From the human T2T-CHM13v2.0 reference genome, Homo sapiens, in the NCBI RefSeq assembly GCF_009914755.1, contig NC_060948.1: 64,000 nucleotides of DNA; one strand, given 5' to 3'. Numbering within the stretch: position 1 is the first letter of the stretch; each line of letters opens with the position of its first letter. The translations under genes and the position numbers were made by a program. Below the pieces are notes generated by a model, which did no database searches, was not told where the DNA came from, and saw nothing but the letters and a program-made list of their open reading frames with translations. Positions 24,400-38,540 of this stretch are shown piece after piece.

Positions 24400-27300
24400 G
24401 GCCTTTAATAAAGTGGAATGCTACGGTCTCGAATGGAATAAAAATGTATGGAATGGAATTCAATGAAACGGAATCGAATGTCATAGAATGTAATGGAATG
24501 CAAAAAAATGGAATCCAAAATCATTGACTGGAAAGGCTGGGTGTCGAAAGGAATTGACTCCAATGGAATGAAATCGAATGGAATGGAAGTGAATAGAATC
24601 GAAGTAAATCGAATGGAATGGAATTGTTAGGAACGGAATGGAAAGGAGTGCAATGATTTGGCATGGAACGGAATCGAATGGCATTGAATGGAGTGGAATG
24701 GAATGCAATGGAATGGAATGTATTAGAATGTAATGAACATTAATGGAATGTACTCGAATGGATTCGACTGGAATGGAATGTTCTGGAAGTGAATGGACTC
24801 CAATGGAATGGATTCGAAAGGAATGGAATCTAATGGAATGGAATTAAATGGAAACGAATCAAATTGAATAGCACGGAATTGAATTGAATGGAATCAAATG
24901 CAATGGAATCTAATGAAATGGAAATGAAAGGAATGGAATGGATTGGAATGGGCTGGAGTTGAATGGAATCGATACGAATGGAATGGAATAGAACTGAAGA
25001 GACTGGAATGGAATTCACTGGAATGGAAGGGAGTGTAATGGAAGGATCTCGAAAAAAATGGAATCGAATGGAATGGAATTGAATGGAACGGAATAGAGTC
25101 GAATGGAATTCAATGGAATTGAATGGACTAGAGTGAAATGGAATCGAACCACAAGGAATGGAGAGGAATAGAATGGTCTCGAATTGAATGGAATCGTATG
25201 GAATGACATCAAACGGAATGGAATGGACAGCCACGGAATGGAATGCACTCGAATGCAATGGAGTCGAAACTAATGGACTGGAATAGAATGGACTCGACTG
25301 GTACGGACTCCAATGGAATGGAATCGAAAGGAAGGGAATCGAACGGAATGGACTCGAAGGGAAAAGACTGCAATGGAAAGGTCTCGAATGGAATGGAAAT
25401 TAATGGAATGGAATGGAATCGAATGAAATGGAGTCAAAAGGAATGGAATCGAATGGCAAGAAATCGAATGTAATGGAATCGCAAGGAATTGATGTGAACG
25501 GAACGGAATGGAATGGAATCCAAAGGAATGGAATAGAATGGAATGGAATCGAATGGAAAGGACTCGAATGGAAATCACTCGAATAGAATGCAATTTAATA
25601 AAATAGGATCAAATGTAATGGAATGGAATGGAAAGGAATCGAAACGAAAGGAATGGAGACAGATGGAATGGAATGGAACAGAGAGCAATGGTATAGAATG
25701 GAATGGAATCATCTGGAATGGAATTGAATGGAATGGAATAACATGAAATGGAATGGAATGGAATGGAATGCCCTTGAATTAAATGGACTGGAATGGAATG
25801 GACTCGAACAGAGTGTAATGGAAAGTGTTGAAATAGAATGGAATGGACTCCTTTGGAATGGTCTAGTATGCAATGCAATCGACTGGCAGGGAATCAAAAG
25901 GAATGTAATGGAATGGAGTGGACTGGAATGCAATGGACTCGAATAGATTGGAAACGGAATGCAAAGGAATGGAATGGAATAGTATGGAATGGAATGGAAA
26001 GGAATGGAGTGGAATAGACTAGAGTGGAATGGAATGGACTGGAAAGCAATGGACTGGAATGGAACTTTCTTGAATGGACTGGAATCAAACGGAATGGAAT
26101 GCAATGCAATCAAATGGCATGGAATAAAATGGAATGAAAGGGAATCAAATGGAATTGAATCGAATGGAATCGAATGGATTGGAAAGGAATAGAATGGAAT
26201 GGAATGGAATTGACTCAAATGGAATGGACTAGAATGGAATGGATTCGAATGGAAGGCAAAGGAATGGAATCTATTAGAATGGACTGTAATGGAATGGAAT
26301 GGAAGGGATTGGAATGGACTCGAATGGAATGGACTGCAATAGAAAGGATTCGAATGGAATGAAAAAGAATTGAATGGAATAGAACAGAATGGAATCAAAT
26401 CGAATGAAATGGAATGGAATAGAAAGGAATGGAATGAAATGGAATGGAAAGGATTCGAATGGAATGCAATCGAATGGAATGGAATCGAACGGAATGGAAT
26501 AAAATGGAAGAAAACTGGCAAGAAATGGAATCGAAATGAATGGAGTGTTATGGAACGGACTCAAAAGGAATTGAATGTAATAGAATGGAGTGGAGTGGAC
26601 TCGAATATAATGGACTGGAATGGAATGAAATCACATGGAATGGGAACGAATGGAATGGAATGGAAAGGAATGGAATCGAATGGAAAGGAATCGAATGGAA
26701 GGGAATGAAATTGAATCAACAGGAATGGAAGGAAGTAGAATAGACGGTAATGGAATGGACTCGAATAGAATGGACACGAATGCTCAAATTGAATGGACTC
26801 GAATGGAATGGAAACGAAAGGAATGTCGTCGAATGGAATTGAATCGATTGGAATGAAATCGCATAGAATGGAGTGGAATCAAATGGAATTGAATCGAAAG
26901 GAAAGGAAGCGAATGGTCTGAAATGAAATGGAATGGAATTGAATGGAAAGTAATGCAAGGGAATAGAATGGAACGAAATTTCACGGAATTGAATCAAACT
27001 GAATGGAATCAAATCAATGGAATATAATCAAATGGCATGGAAAGGAATTGAATGGAGTAGATTGGATTGGATGGGATTGGAATGAAATGTACTGGAAAGG
27101 ACTCGAATTTCATGAAATGGAATGGAATGAACTGGAACGGAATGGACTCGAATGGATTGGAATGTCATGGAATGGCATCAAATGGAATGGCATCAAATGG
27201 AATGGAATCGAATGCAATGGAATGCTATGGAATGGAATGGAATGCATTGGAATGGAATGTCCCCTAATGGAATGGATTCGAGTGGAATGGAATCGAATAT

Positions 27301-27917
27301 AATGGAGTCGAATGAAATGGAATTGAAAGGAAAGGGATCGAATACAATGGAATATACTGGAATGTAATGTAATGAACTCGAATGTAATTGACTAGAATGG
27401 AATGTACATGAATGGAATGTAATCGAATGGAAAATAATCTCATGGAATAGAATCTAATGCAATAAAATCGACTCAAATAGAATAGAATGGAATGGAATGG
27501 AGTGCAGTGCAATGGAATGGAATGGAATGGAATGCAATGGAATGGAATGGAATGGGATGGAATGGTATGGGATGGATAGAAATGGACTGGAGTGAAATGG
27601 ACTGGAAAGTAATGGACTCAAATTGAAAGAGCTCGAAAGAATGGAGTCAAATGGAATGGTCTGGAATGGAATGAACACGAATGTAATGCAATCCAATAGA
27701 ATGGAATCGAATGGCATGGAATATAAAGAAATGGAATCGAAGAGAATGGAAACGAATGGAATGGAATTGAATGGAATGGAATTGAATGGAATGGGAACGA
27801 ATGGAGTGAAATTGTATGCAGTAGAAGAGAATAGAATGGAATGCAAGCGAAATTAAAGGAATGGATTGGAATGGAATGGAATTCATTGGAATGGAAGGGA
27901 ATGTATTGCAATGGACA
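24400..27917 (+). repeat. DYZ1 unit, 3,518 bp (divergent variant)
   Basis: GGCC-to-GGCC interval; GGCCTTTAATAAAG variant; extra EcoRI sites at 24456, 25011, 25106. Confidence 0.88.
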
Positions 27918-30900
27918 GGCCTTTAATAAAGTGGAATGCTACGGTCTCGAATGGAATAAAAATGTATGGAATGGAATTCAATGAAACGGAATCGAATGTC
28001 ATAGAATGTAATGGAATGCAAAAAAATGGAATCCAAAATCATTGACTGGAAAGGCTGGGTGTCGAAAGGAATTGACTCCAATGGAATGAAATCGAATGGA
28101 ACGGAAGTGAATAGAATCGAAGTAAATCGAATGGAATGGAATTGTTAGGAACGGAATGGAAAGGAGTGCAATGATTTGGCATGGAACGGAATCGAATGGC
28201 ATTGAATGGAGTGGAATGGAATGCAATGGAATGGAATGTATTAGAATGTAATGAACATTAATGGAATGTACTCGAATGGATTCGACTGGAATGGAATGTT
28301 CTGGAAGTGAATGGACTCCAATGGAATGGATTCGAAAGGAATGGAATCTAATGGAATGGAATTAAATGGAAACGAATCAAATTGAATAGCACGGAATTGA
28401 ATTGAATGGAATCGAATGCAATGGAATCTAATGAAATGGAAATGAAAGGAATGGAATGGATTGGAATGGGCTGGAGTTGAATGGAATCGATACGAATGGA
28501 ATGGAATAGAACTGAAGAGACTGGAATGGAATTCACTGGAATGGAAGGGAGTGTAATGGAAGGATCTCGAAAAAAATGGAATCGAATGGAATGGAATTGA
28601 ATGGAACGGAATAGAGTCGAATGGAATTCAATGGAATTGAATGGACTAGAGTGAAATGGAATCGAACCACAAGGAATGGAGAGGAATAGAATGGTCTCGA
28701 ATTGAATGGAATCGTATGGAATGACATCAAACGGAATGGAATGGACAGCCACGGAATGGAATGCACTCGAATGCAATGGAGTCGAAACTAATGGACTGGA
28801 ATAGAATGGACTCGACTGGTACGGACTCCAATGGAATGGAATCGAAAGGAAGGGAATCGAACGGAATGGACTCGAAGGGAAAAGACTGCAATGGAAAGGT
28901 CTCGAATGGAATGGAAATTAATGGAATGGAATGGAATCGAATGAAATGGAGTCAAAAGGAATGGAATCGAATGGCAAGAAATCGAATGTAATGGAATCGC
29001 AAGGAATTGATGTGAACGGAACGGAATGGAATGGAATCCAAAGGAATGGAATAGAATGGAATGGAATCGAATGGAAAGGACTCGAATGGAAATCACTCGA
29101 ATAGAATGCAATTTAATAAAATAGGATCAAATGTAATGGAATGGAATGGAAAGGAATCGAAACGAAAGGAATGGAGACAGATGGAATGGAATGGAACAGA
29201 GAGCAATGGTATAGAATGGAATGGAATCATCTGGAATGGAATTGAATGGAATGGAATAACATGAAATGGAATGGAATGGAATGGAATGCCCTTGAATTAA
29301 ATGGACTGGAATGGAATGGACTCGAACAGAGTGTAATGGAAAGTGTTGAAATAGAATGGAATGGACTCCTTTGGAATGGTCTAGTATGCAATGCAATCGA
29401 CTGGCAGGGAATCAAAAGGAATGTAATCGAATGGATTGGACTGGAATGCAATGGACTCGAATAGATTGGAAACGGAATGCAAAGGAATGGAATGGAATAG
29501 TATGGAATGGAATGGAAAGGAATGGAGTGGAATAGACTAGAGTGGAATGGAATGGACTGGAAAGCAATGGACTGGAATGGAACTTTCTTGAATGGACTGG
29601 AATCAAACGGAATGGAATGCAATGCAATCAAATGGCATGGAATAAAATGGAATGAAAGGGAATCAAATGGAATTGAATCGAATGGAATCGAATGGATTGG
29701 AAAGGAATAGAATGGAATGGAATGGAATTGACTCAAATGGAATGGACTAGAATGGAATGGATTCGAATGGAAGGCAAAGGAATGGAATCTATTGGAATGG
29801 ACTGTAATGGAATGGAATGGAAGGGATTGGAATGGACTCGAATGGAATGGACTGCAATAGAAAGGATTCGAATGGAATGAAAAAGAATTGAATGGAATAG
29901 AACAGAATGGAATCAAATCGAATGAAATGGAATGGAATAGAAAGGAATGGAATGAAATGGAATGGAAAGGATTCGAATGGAATGCAATCGAATGGAATGG
30001 AATCGAACGGAATGGAATAAAATGGAAGAAAACTGGCAAGAAATGGAATCGAAATGAATGGAGTGTTATGGAACGGACTCAAAAGGAATTGAATGTAATA
30101 GAATGGAGTGGAGTGGACTCGAATATAATGGACTGGAATGGAATGAAATCACATGGAATGGGAACGAATGGAATGGAATGGAAAGGAATGGAATCGAATG
30201 GAAAGGAATCGAATGGAAGGGAATGAAATTGAATCAACAGGAATGGAAGGGAATAGAATAGACGGTAATGGAATGGACTCGAATAGAATGGACACGAATG
30301 CTCAAATTGAATGGACTCGAATGGAATGGAAACGAAAGGAATGTCATCGAATGGAATTGAATCGATTGGAATGAAATCGCATAGAATGGAGTGAAATCAA
30401 ATGGAATTGAATCGAAAGGAAAGGAAGCGAATGGACTGAAATGAAATGGAATGGAATTGAATGGAAAGTAATGCAATGGAATAGAATGGAACGAAATTTC
30501 ACGGAATGGAATGAAACTGAATGGAATCAAATCAATGGAATCTAATCAAGTGGAATGGAAAGGAATTGAATGGAGTAGATTGGATTGGATGGGATTGGAA
30601 TGAAATGTACTGGAAAGGACTCGAGTTTCATGAAACGGAATGGAATGAATTGGAACGGAATGGACTCGAATGGAATGGAATGTCATGGAATGGCATCAAA
30701 TGGAATGGCATCAAATGGAATGGAATCGAATGCAATGGAATGCTATGGAATGGAATGGAATGCATTGGAATGGAATGTCCTCTAATGGAATGGATTCGAG
30801 TGGAATGGAATCGAATATAATGGAGTCGAATGAAATGGAATTGAAAGGAATGGGATCGAATACAATGGAATATACTGGAATGTAATGTAATGAACTCGAA

Positions 30901-31456
30901 TGTAATTGACTGGAATGGAATGTACATGAATGGAATGTAATCGAATGGAAAGTAATCCAATGGAATAGAATCTAATGCAATAAAATCGACTCAGATAGAG
31001 TAGAATGTAATGGAATTGAGTGCAGTGCAATGGAATGGAATGGAATGGAATGCAATGGAATGGAATGGAATGGAAAGGAATGGAATGGAATGGGATGGAA
31101 TGGTATGGAATGGATAGTAATGGACTGGAGTGAAATGGACTGGAAATGAATGGACTCAAATTGAAAGGGCTCGAAAGGAATGGAGTCAAAAGGAATGGTC
31201 TGGAATGGAATGAACACGAATGTAATGCAATCCAATAGAATGGAATCGAATGGCATGGAATATAAAGAAATGGAATCGAAGAGAATGGAAACAAATGGAA
31301 TGGAATTGAATGGAATGGAATTGAATGGAATGGGAACGAATGGAGTGAAATTGTATGCAGTAGAAGAGAATAGAATGGAATGCAAGCGAAAGGAAAGGAA
31401 TGGATTGGAATGGAATGGAATTCATTGGAATGGAAGGGAATGTAGTGTAATGGACA
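27918..31456 (+). repeat. DYZ1 unit, 3,539 bp
   Basis: GGCC-to-GGCC interval; divergent variant up to ~30.2 kb, then consensus-like. Confidence 0.88.
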
Positions 31457-34400
31457 GGCCTGGAATAAAGTGGAATGCTACGGTCTCAAATGGAATAAAA
31501 ATGTATGGAATGGAATGCAATGAAACGGAATCGAATGTCATAGAATGTAATGGAATGCAAAAAAATGGAATCCAAAATCATTGACTGGAAAGGCTGGGTG
31601 TCGAAAGGAATTGACTCCAATGGAATGGAATCGAATGGAATGGAAGTGAATAGAATGGAACTAAATCGAATGGAATGGAATTGATAGGAACGGAATGGAA
31701 AGGAATGCAATGATTTGGCATGGAATGGAATCGAATGGCATCGAATGGAATGGAATGGAATGCAATGGAATGGAATGTATTAGAATGTAATGAACTTTAA
31801 TGGAATGTACTCGAATGGATTCGACTGGAATGGAATGTTCTGGAAGTGAATGGACTCCAATGGAATGGATTCAAAAGGAATGGAGTCGTACGGAATGGAA
31901 TCTAATGGAATGGAATTAAATGGAAATGAATCAAATTGAATAGAACGGAATTGAATTGAATGGAATCGAATGCAATGGAATCTAATGAAACGGAAAGGAA
32001 AGGAATGGAATGGAATGGAATGGGCTGGAATGGAAAGGAATTGAAACGAATGGAATGGAATCGAACTGAAGAGACTTGAATGGAATGCACTGGAATGGAA
32101 GGGAGTGTAATGGAAGGTTCTCGAAAAAAATGGAATCGAATGGAATGGAATTGAGTGGAACGGAATAGAGTCGAATGGAATTGAATGGAATGGAATGGAC
32201 TAGAGTGAAATGGAATCGAACCACAAGGAATGGACAGGAATAGAATGGTCTCGAATTGAATGGAATCGTATGGAATGGCATCAAACGGAATGGAATGGAC
32301 AGCCACGGAATGGAATGCACTCGAATGCAATGGAGTCGAAACTAATGGACTGGAATAGAATGGACTCGACTGGTACGGACTCCAATGGAATGGAATCGAA
32401 TGGAAGGGAATCGAACGGAATGGACTCGAAGGGAAAAGACTGCAATGGAAAGGTCTCGAATGGAATGGAAATTAATGGAATGGAACGGAATCGACTGAAA
32501 TGGAGTCAAAGGAATGGAATCGAATGGCAAGAAATCGAATGCAATGGAATCGCAAGGAATTGATGTGAACGGAACGGAATGGAATGGAATCCAAAGGAAT
32601 GGAATAGAATGGAATGGAATCGAATGGAAAGGACTCGAATGGAAATCACTCGAACAGAATGCAATTTAATAAAATAGGATCAAATGTAATGGAATGGAAT
32701 GGAAAGGAATCGAAACGAAAGGAATGGAGACAGATGGAATGGAATGGAACAGAGAGGAATGGTATAGAATGGAATGGAATCATCTGGAATGGAATTGAAT
32801 GGAATGGAATAATATGAAATGGAATGGAATGGAATGGAATGCCCTTGAATTAAATGGACTGGAATGGAATGGACTCAAACAGAGTGGAATGGAAAGTGTG
32901 GATATAGAATGGAATGAACTCCTTTGGAATGGTCTAGTAGACAATGCAATCGACTGGCAGGGAATCAAAAGGAATGTAATCGAATGGATTGGACTGGAAT
33001 GCAATGGACTCGAATAGATTGGAAACGGAATGCAAAGGAATGGAATGGAATAGTATGGAATGTTATGGAAAGGAATGGAGTGGAATAGACTAGAGTGGAA
33101 TGGAATGGACTGGAAAGCAATGGACTGGAATGGAACATTCTTGAATGGACTGGAATCAAACGGAATGGAATGCAATGCAATCAAATGGCATGGAATAAAA
33201 TAGAATGAAAGAGAATCAAATGGAATTGAATCGAATGGAATCGAATGGATTGGAATGGAATAGAATGGAATGGAATGGAATTGACTCAAATGGAATGGAC
33301 TAGAATGGAATGGATTCGAATGGAAGGCAAAGGAATGGAATCTATTGGAATGGACTGTAATGGAATGGAATGGAAGGGATTGGAATGGACTCGAATGGAA
33401 TGGACTGCAATAGAAAGGATTCGAATGGAATGAAAAAGAATTGAATGGAATAGAACAGAATGGAATCAAATCGAATGAAATGGAATGGAATAGAAAGGAA
33501 TGGAATGAAATGGAATGGAAAGGATTCGAATGGAATGCAATCGAATGGAATGGAATCGAACGGAATGGAATAAAATGGAAGAAAACTGGCAAGAAATGGA
33601 ATCGAAATGAATGGAGTGTGGAACGGACTCAAAAGGAATTGAATGTAATAGAATGGAGTGGAGTGGACTCGAATATAATGGACTGGAATGGAATGAAATC
33701 ACATGGAATGGGAACGAATGGAATGGAATGGAAAGGAATGGAATCGAATGGAAAGGAATCGAATGGAAGGGAATGCAATTGAATCAACAGGAATGGAAGG
33801 GAATAGAATAGACGGTAATGGAATGGACTCGAATAGAATGGACACGAATGCTCAAATTGAATGGACTCGAATGGAATGGAAACGAAAGGAATGTCATCGA
33901 ATGGAATTGAATCGATTGGAATGAAATCGCATAGAATGGAGTGGAATCAAATGGAATTGAATCGAAAGGAAAGGAAGCCAATGGACTGAAATGAAATGGA
34001 ATGGAATGGAATGGAAAGTAATGCAATGGAATAGAATGGAACGAAATTTCACGGAATGGAATGAAACTGAATGGAATCAAATCAATGGAATCTAATCAAG
34101 TGGAATGGAAAGGAATTGAATGGAGTAGATTGGATTGGATGGGATTGGAATGAAATGTACTGGAAAGGACTCGAATTTCATGAAACGGAATGGAATGAAT
34201 TGGAACGGAATGGACTCGAATGGAATGGAATGTCATGGAATGGCATCAAATGGAATGGCATCAAATGGAATGGAATCGAATGCAATGGAATGCTATGGAA
34301 TGGAATGGAATGCATTGGAATGGAATGTCCTCTAATGGAATGGATTCGAGTGGAATGGAATCGAATATAATGGAGTCGATTGAAATGGAATTGAAAGGAA

Positions 34401-34991
34401 TGGGATCGAATACAATGGAATATACTGGAATGTAATGTAATGAACTTGAATGTAATTGACTGGAATGGAATGTACATGAATGGAATGTAATCGAATGGAA
34501 AGTAATCCAATGGAATAGAATCTAATGCAATAAAATCGACTCAGATAGAGTAGAATGTAATGGAATGGAGTGCAGTGCAATGGAATGGAATGGAATGGAA
34601 TGCAATGGAATGGAATGGAATGGAATGGAATGGAATGGTGTGGAATGGATAGTAATGGACTGGAGTGAAATGGACTGGAAATGAATGGACTCAAATTGAA
34701 AGGGCTCGAAAGGAATGGAGTCAAATGGAATGGTCTGGAATGGAATGAACACGAATGTAATGCAATCCAATAGAATGGAATCGAATGGCATGGAATATAA
34801 AGAAATGGAATCGAAGAGAATGGAAACAAATGGAATGGAATTGAATGGAATGGAATTGAATGGAATGGGAACGAATGGAGTGAAATTGTATGCAGTAGAA
34901 GAGAATAGAATGGAATGCAAGCGAAAGGAAAGGAATGGATTGGAATGGAATGGAATTCATTGGAATGGAAGGGAATGTAGTGTAATGGACA
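31457..34991 (+). repeat. DYZ1 unit, 3,535 bp
   Basis: GGCC-to-GGCC interval; private 1-bp (~32510) and 3-bp (~33618) deletions; first unit with CGTACG (31887). Confidence 0.88.
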
Positions 34992-37900
34992 GGCCTGGAA
35001 TAAAGTGGAATGCTACGGTCTCGAATGGAATAAAAATGTATGGAATGGAATGCAATGAAACGGAATCGAATGTCATAGAATGTAATGGAATGCAAAAAAA
35101 TGGAATCCAAAATCATTGACTGGAAAGGCTGGATGTCGAAAGGAATTGACTCCAATGGAATGGAATCGAATGGAATGGAAGTGAATAGAATCGAACTAAA
35201 TCGAATGGAATGGAATTGATAGGAACGGAATGGAAAGGAATGCAATGATTTGGCATGGAATGGAAACGAATGGTATCTAATGGAATGGAATGTAATGTAA
35301 TGGAATGGAATGTATTAGAATGTAATGAACTTTAATGGAATGTACTCGAATGGATTCGACTGGAATGGAATGTTCTGGAAGTGAATGGACTCCAATGGAA
35401 TGGATTCAAACGGAATGGAATCGTACGGAATGGAATCTAATGGAATGGAATTAAATGGAAATGAATCAAATTGAATAGCACGGAATTGAATTGAATGGAA
35501 TGGAATGCAATGGAATCTAATGAAACGGAAAGGAAAGGAATGGAATGGAATGGAATGGGCTGGAATGGAAAGGAATCGAAACGAATGGAATGGAATCGAA
35601 CTGAAGAGACTGGAATGGAATGCACTGGAATGGAAGGGAGTGTAATGGAAGGTTCTCGAAAAAAATGGAATGGAATGGAATGGAATTGAATGGAACGGAA
35701 TAGAGTCGAATGGAATTGAATGGAATGGAATGGACTAGAGTGAAATGGAATCGAACCACAAGGAATGGAGAGGAATAGAATGGTCTCGAATTGAATGGAA
35801 TCGTATGGAATGGCATCAAACGGAATGGAATGGACAGCCACGGAATGGAATGCACTCGAATGCAATGGAGTCGAAACTAATGGACTGGAATAGAATGGAC
35901 TCGACTGGTACGGACTCCAATGGAATGGAATCGAATGGAAGGGAATCGAACGGAATGGACTCGAAGGGAAAAGACTGCAATGGAAAGGTCTCGAATGGAA
36001 TGGAAATTAATGGAATGGAATGGAATCGAATGAAATGGAGTCAAAAGGAATGGAATCGAATGGCAAGAAATCGAATGTAATGGAATCGCAAGGAATTGAT
36101 GTGAACGGAACGGAATGGAATGGAATCCAAAGGAATGGAATAGAATGGAATGGAATCGAATGGAAAGGACTCGAATGGAAATCACTCGAATAGAATGCAA
36201 TTTAATAAAATAGGATCAAATGTAATGGAATGGAATGGAAAGGAATCGAAACGAAAGGAATGGAGACAGATGGAATGGAATGGAACAGAGAGCAATGGTA
36301 TAGAATGGAATGGAATCATCTGGAATGGAATTGAATGGAATGGAATAATATGAAATGGAATGGAATGGAATGGAATGGAATGCCCTTGAATTAAATGGAC
36401 TGGAATGGAATGGACTCGAACAGAGTGGAATGGAAAGTGTTGAGATAGAATGGAATGGACTCCTTCGGAATGGTGTAGTATGCAATGCAATCGACTGGCA
36501 GGGAATCAAAAGGAATGTAATCGAATGGATTGGACTGGAATGCAATGGACTCGAATAGATTGGAAACAGAATGCAAAGGAATGGAATGGAATAGTATGGA
36601 ATGGAATGGAAAGGAATGGAGTGGAATAGACTAGAGTGGAATGGAATGGACTGGAAAGCAATGGACTGGAATGGAACTTTCTTGAATGGACTGGAATCAA
36701 ACGGAATGGAATGCAATGCAATCAAATGGCATAGAATAAGATAGAATGAAAGAGAATCAAATGGAATTGAATGGAATGGAATCGAATGGATTGGAAAGGA
36801 ATAGAATGGAATGGAATGGAATTGACTCAAATGGAATGGACTAGAATGGAATGGATTCGAATGGAAGGCAAAGGAATGGAATCTATTGGAATGGACTGTA
36901 ATGGAATGCAATGGAAGGGATTGGAATGGACTCGAATGGAATGGACTGCAATAGAAAGGATTCGAATGGAATGAAAAAGAATTGAATGGAATAGAACAGA
37001 ATGGAATCAAATCGAATGAAATGGAATGGAATAGAAAGGAATGGAATGAAATGGAATGGAAAGGATTCGAATGGAATGCAAACGAATGGAATGGAATCGA
37101 ACGGAATGGAATAAAATGGAAGAAAACTGGCAAGAAATGGAATCGAAATGAATGGAGTGTTATGGAAGGGACTCAAAAGGAATTGAATGTAATAGAATGG
37201 AGTGGAGTGGACTCGAATATAATGGACTTGAATGGAATGAAATCACATGGAATGGGAACGAATGGAATGGAATGGAAAGGAATGGAATCGAATGGAAAGG
37301 AATCGAATGGAAGGGAATGAAATTTAACCAACAGGAATGGAACGGAATAGAATAGACCGTAATGGAATGGACTCGAATAGAATGGACACTAATGCTCAAA
37401 TTGAATGGACTCGAATGGAATGGAAACGAAAGGAATGTCATCGAATGGAATTGAATCGATTGGAATGAAATCGCATAGAATGGAGTGGAATCAAATGGAA
37501 TTGAATCGAAAGGAAAGGAAGCGAATGGACTGAAATGAAATGGAATGGAATTGAATGGAAAGTAATGCAATGGAATAGAATGGAACGAAATTTCACGGAA
37601 TGGAATCAAACTGAATGGAATCAAATCAATGGAATCAAATCAAATGGAATGGAAAGGAATTGAATGGAGTAGATTGGATTGGATGGGATTGGAATGAAAT
37701 GTACTGGAAAGGACTCGAATTTCATGAAACGGAATGGAATGAATTGGAACGGAATGGACTCGAATGGAATGGAATGTCATGGAATGGCATCAAATGGAAT
37801 GGCATCAAATGGAATGGAATCGAATGCAATGGAATGCTATGGAATGGAATGGAATGCATTGGAATGGAATGTCCTCTAATGGAATGGATTCGAGTGGAAT

Positions 37901-38540
37901 GGAATCGAATATAATGGAGTCGAATGAAATGGAATTGAAAAGAATGGGATCGAATACAATGGAATATACTGGAATGTAATGTAATGAACTCGAATGTAAT
38001 TGACTGGAATGGAATGTATATGAATGGAATGTAATCGAATGGAAAGTAATCCAATGGAATAGAATCTAATGCAATAAAATCGACTCAGATAGAGTAGAAT
38101 GTAATGGAATGGAGTGCAGTGCAATGGAATGGAATGGAATGGAATGCAATGGAATGGAATGGAATGGAATGGAATGGGATGGAATGGTATGGAATGGATA
38201 GTAATGGACTGGAGTGAAATGGACTGGAAAGGAATGGACTCAAATTGAAAGGGCTCGAAAGGAATGGAGACAAATGGAATGGTCTGGAATGGAATGAACA
38301 CGAATGTAATGCATTCCAATAGAATAGAGTCGAATGGCATGGAATATAAAGAAATGGAATCGAAGAGAATAGAAACAAATGGAATGGAATTGAATGGAAT
38401 GGAATTGAATGGAATGGGAACGAATGGAGTGAAATTGTATGCAGTAGAAGAGAATAGAATGGAATGCAAGCGAAAGGAAAGTAATGGATTGGAATGGAAT
38501 GGAATTCATTGGAATGGAAGGGAATGTAGTGTAATGGACA
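34992..38540 (+). repeat. DYZ1 unit, 3,549 bp
   Basis: GGCC-to-GGCC interval. Confidence 0.88.
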
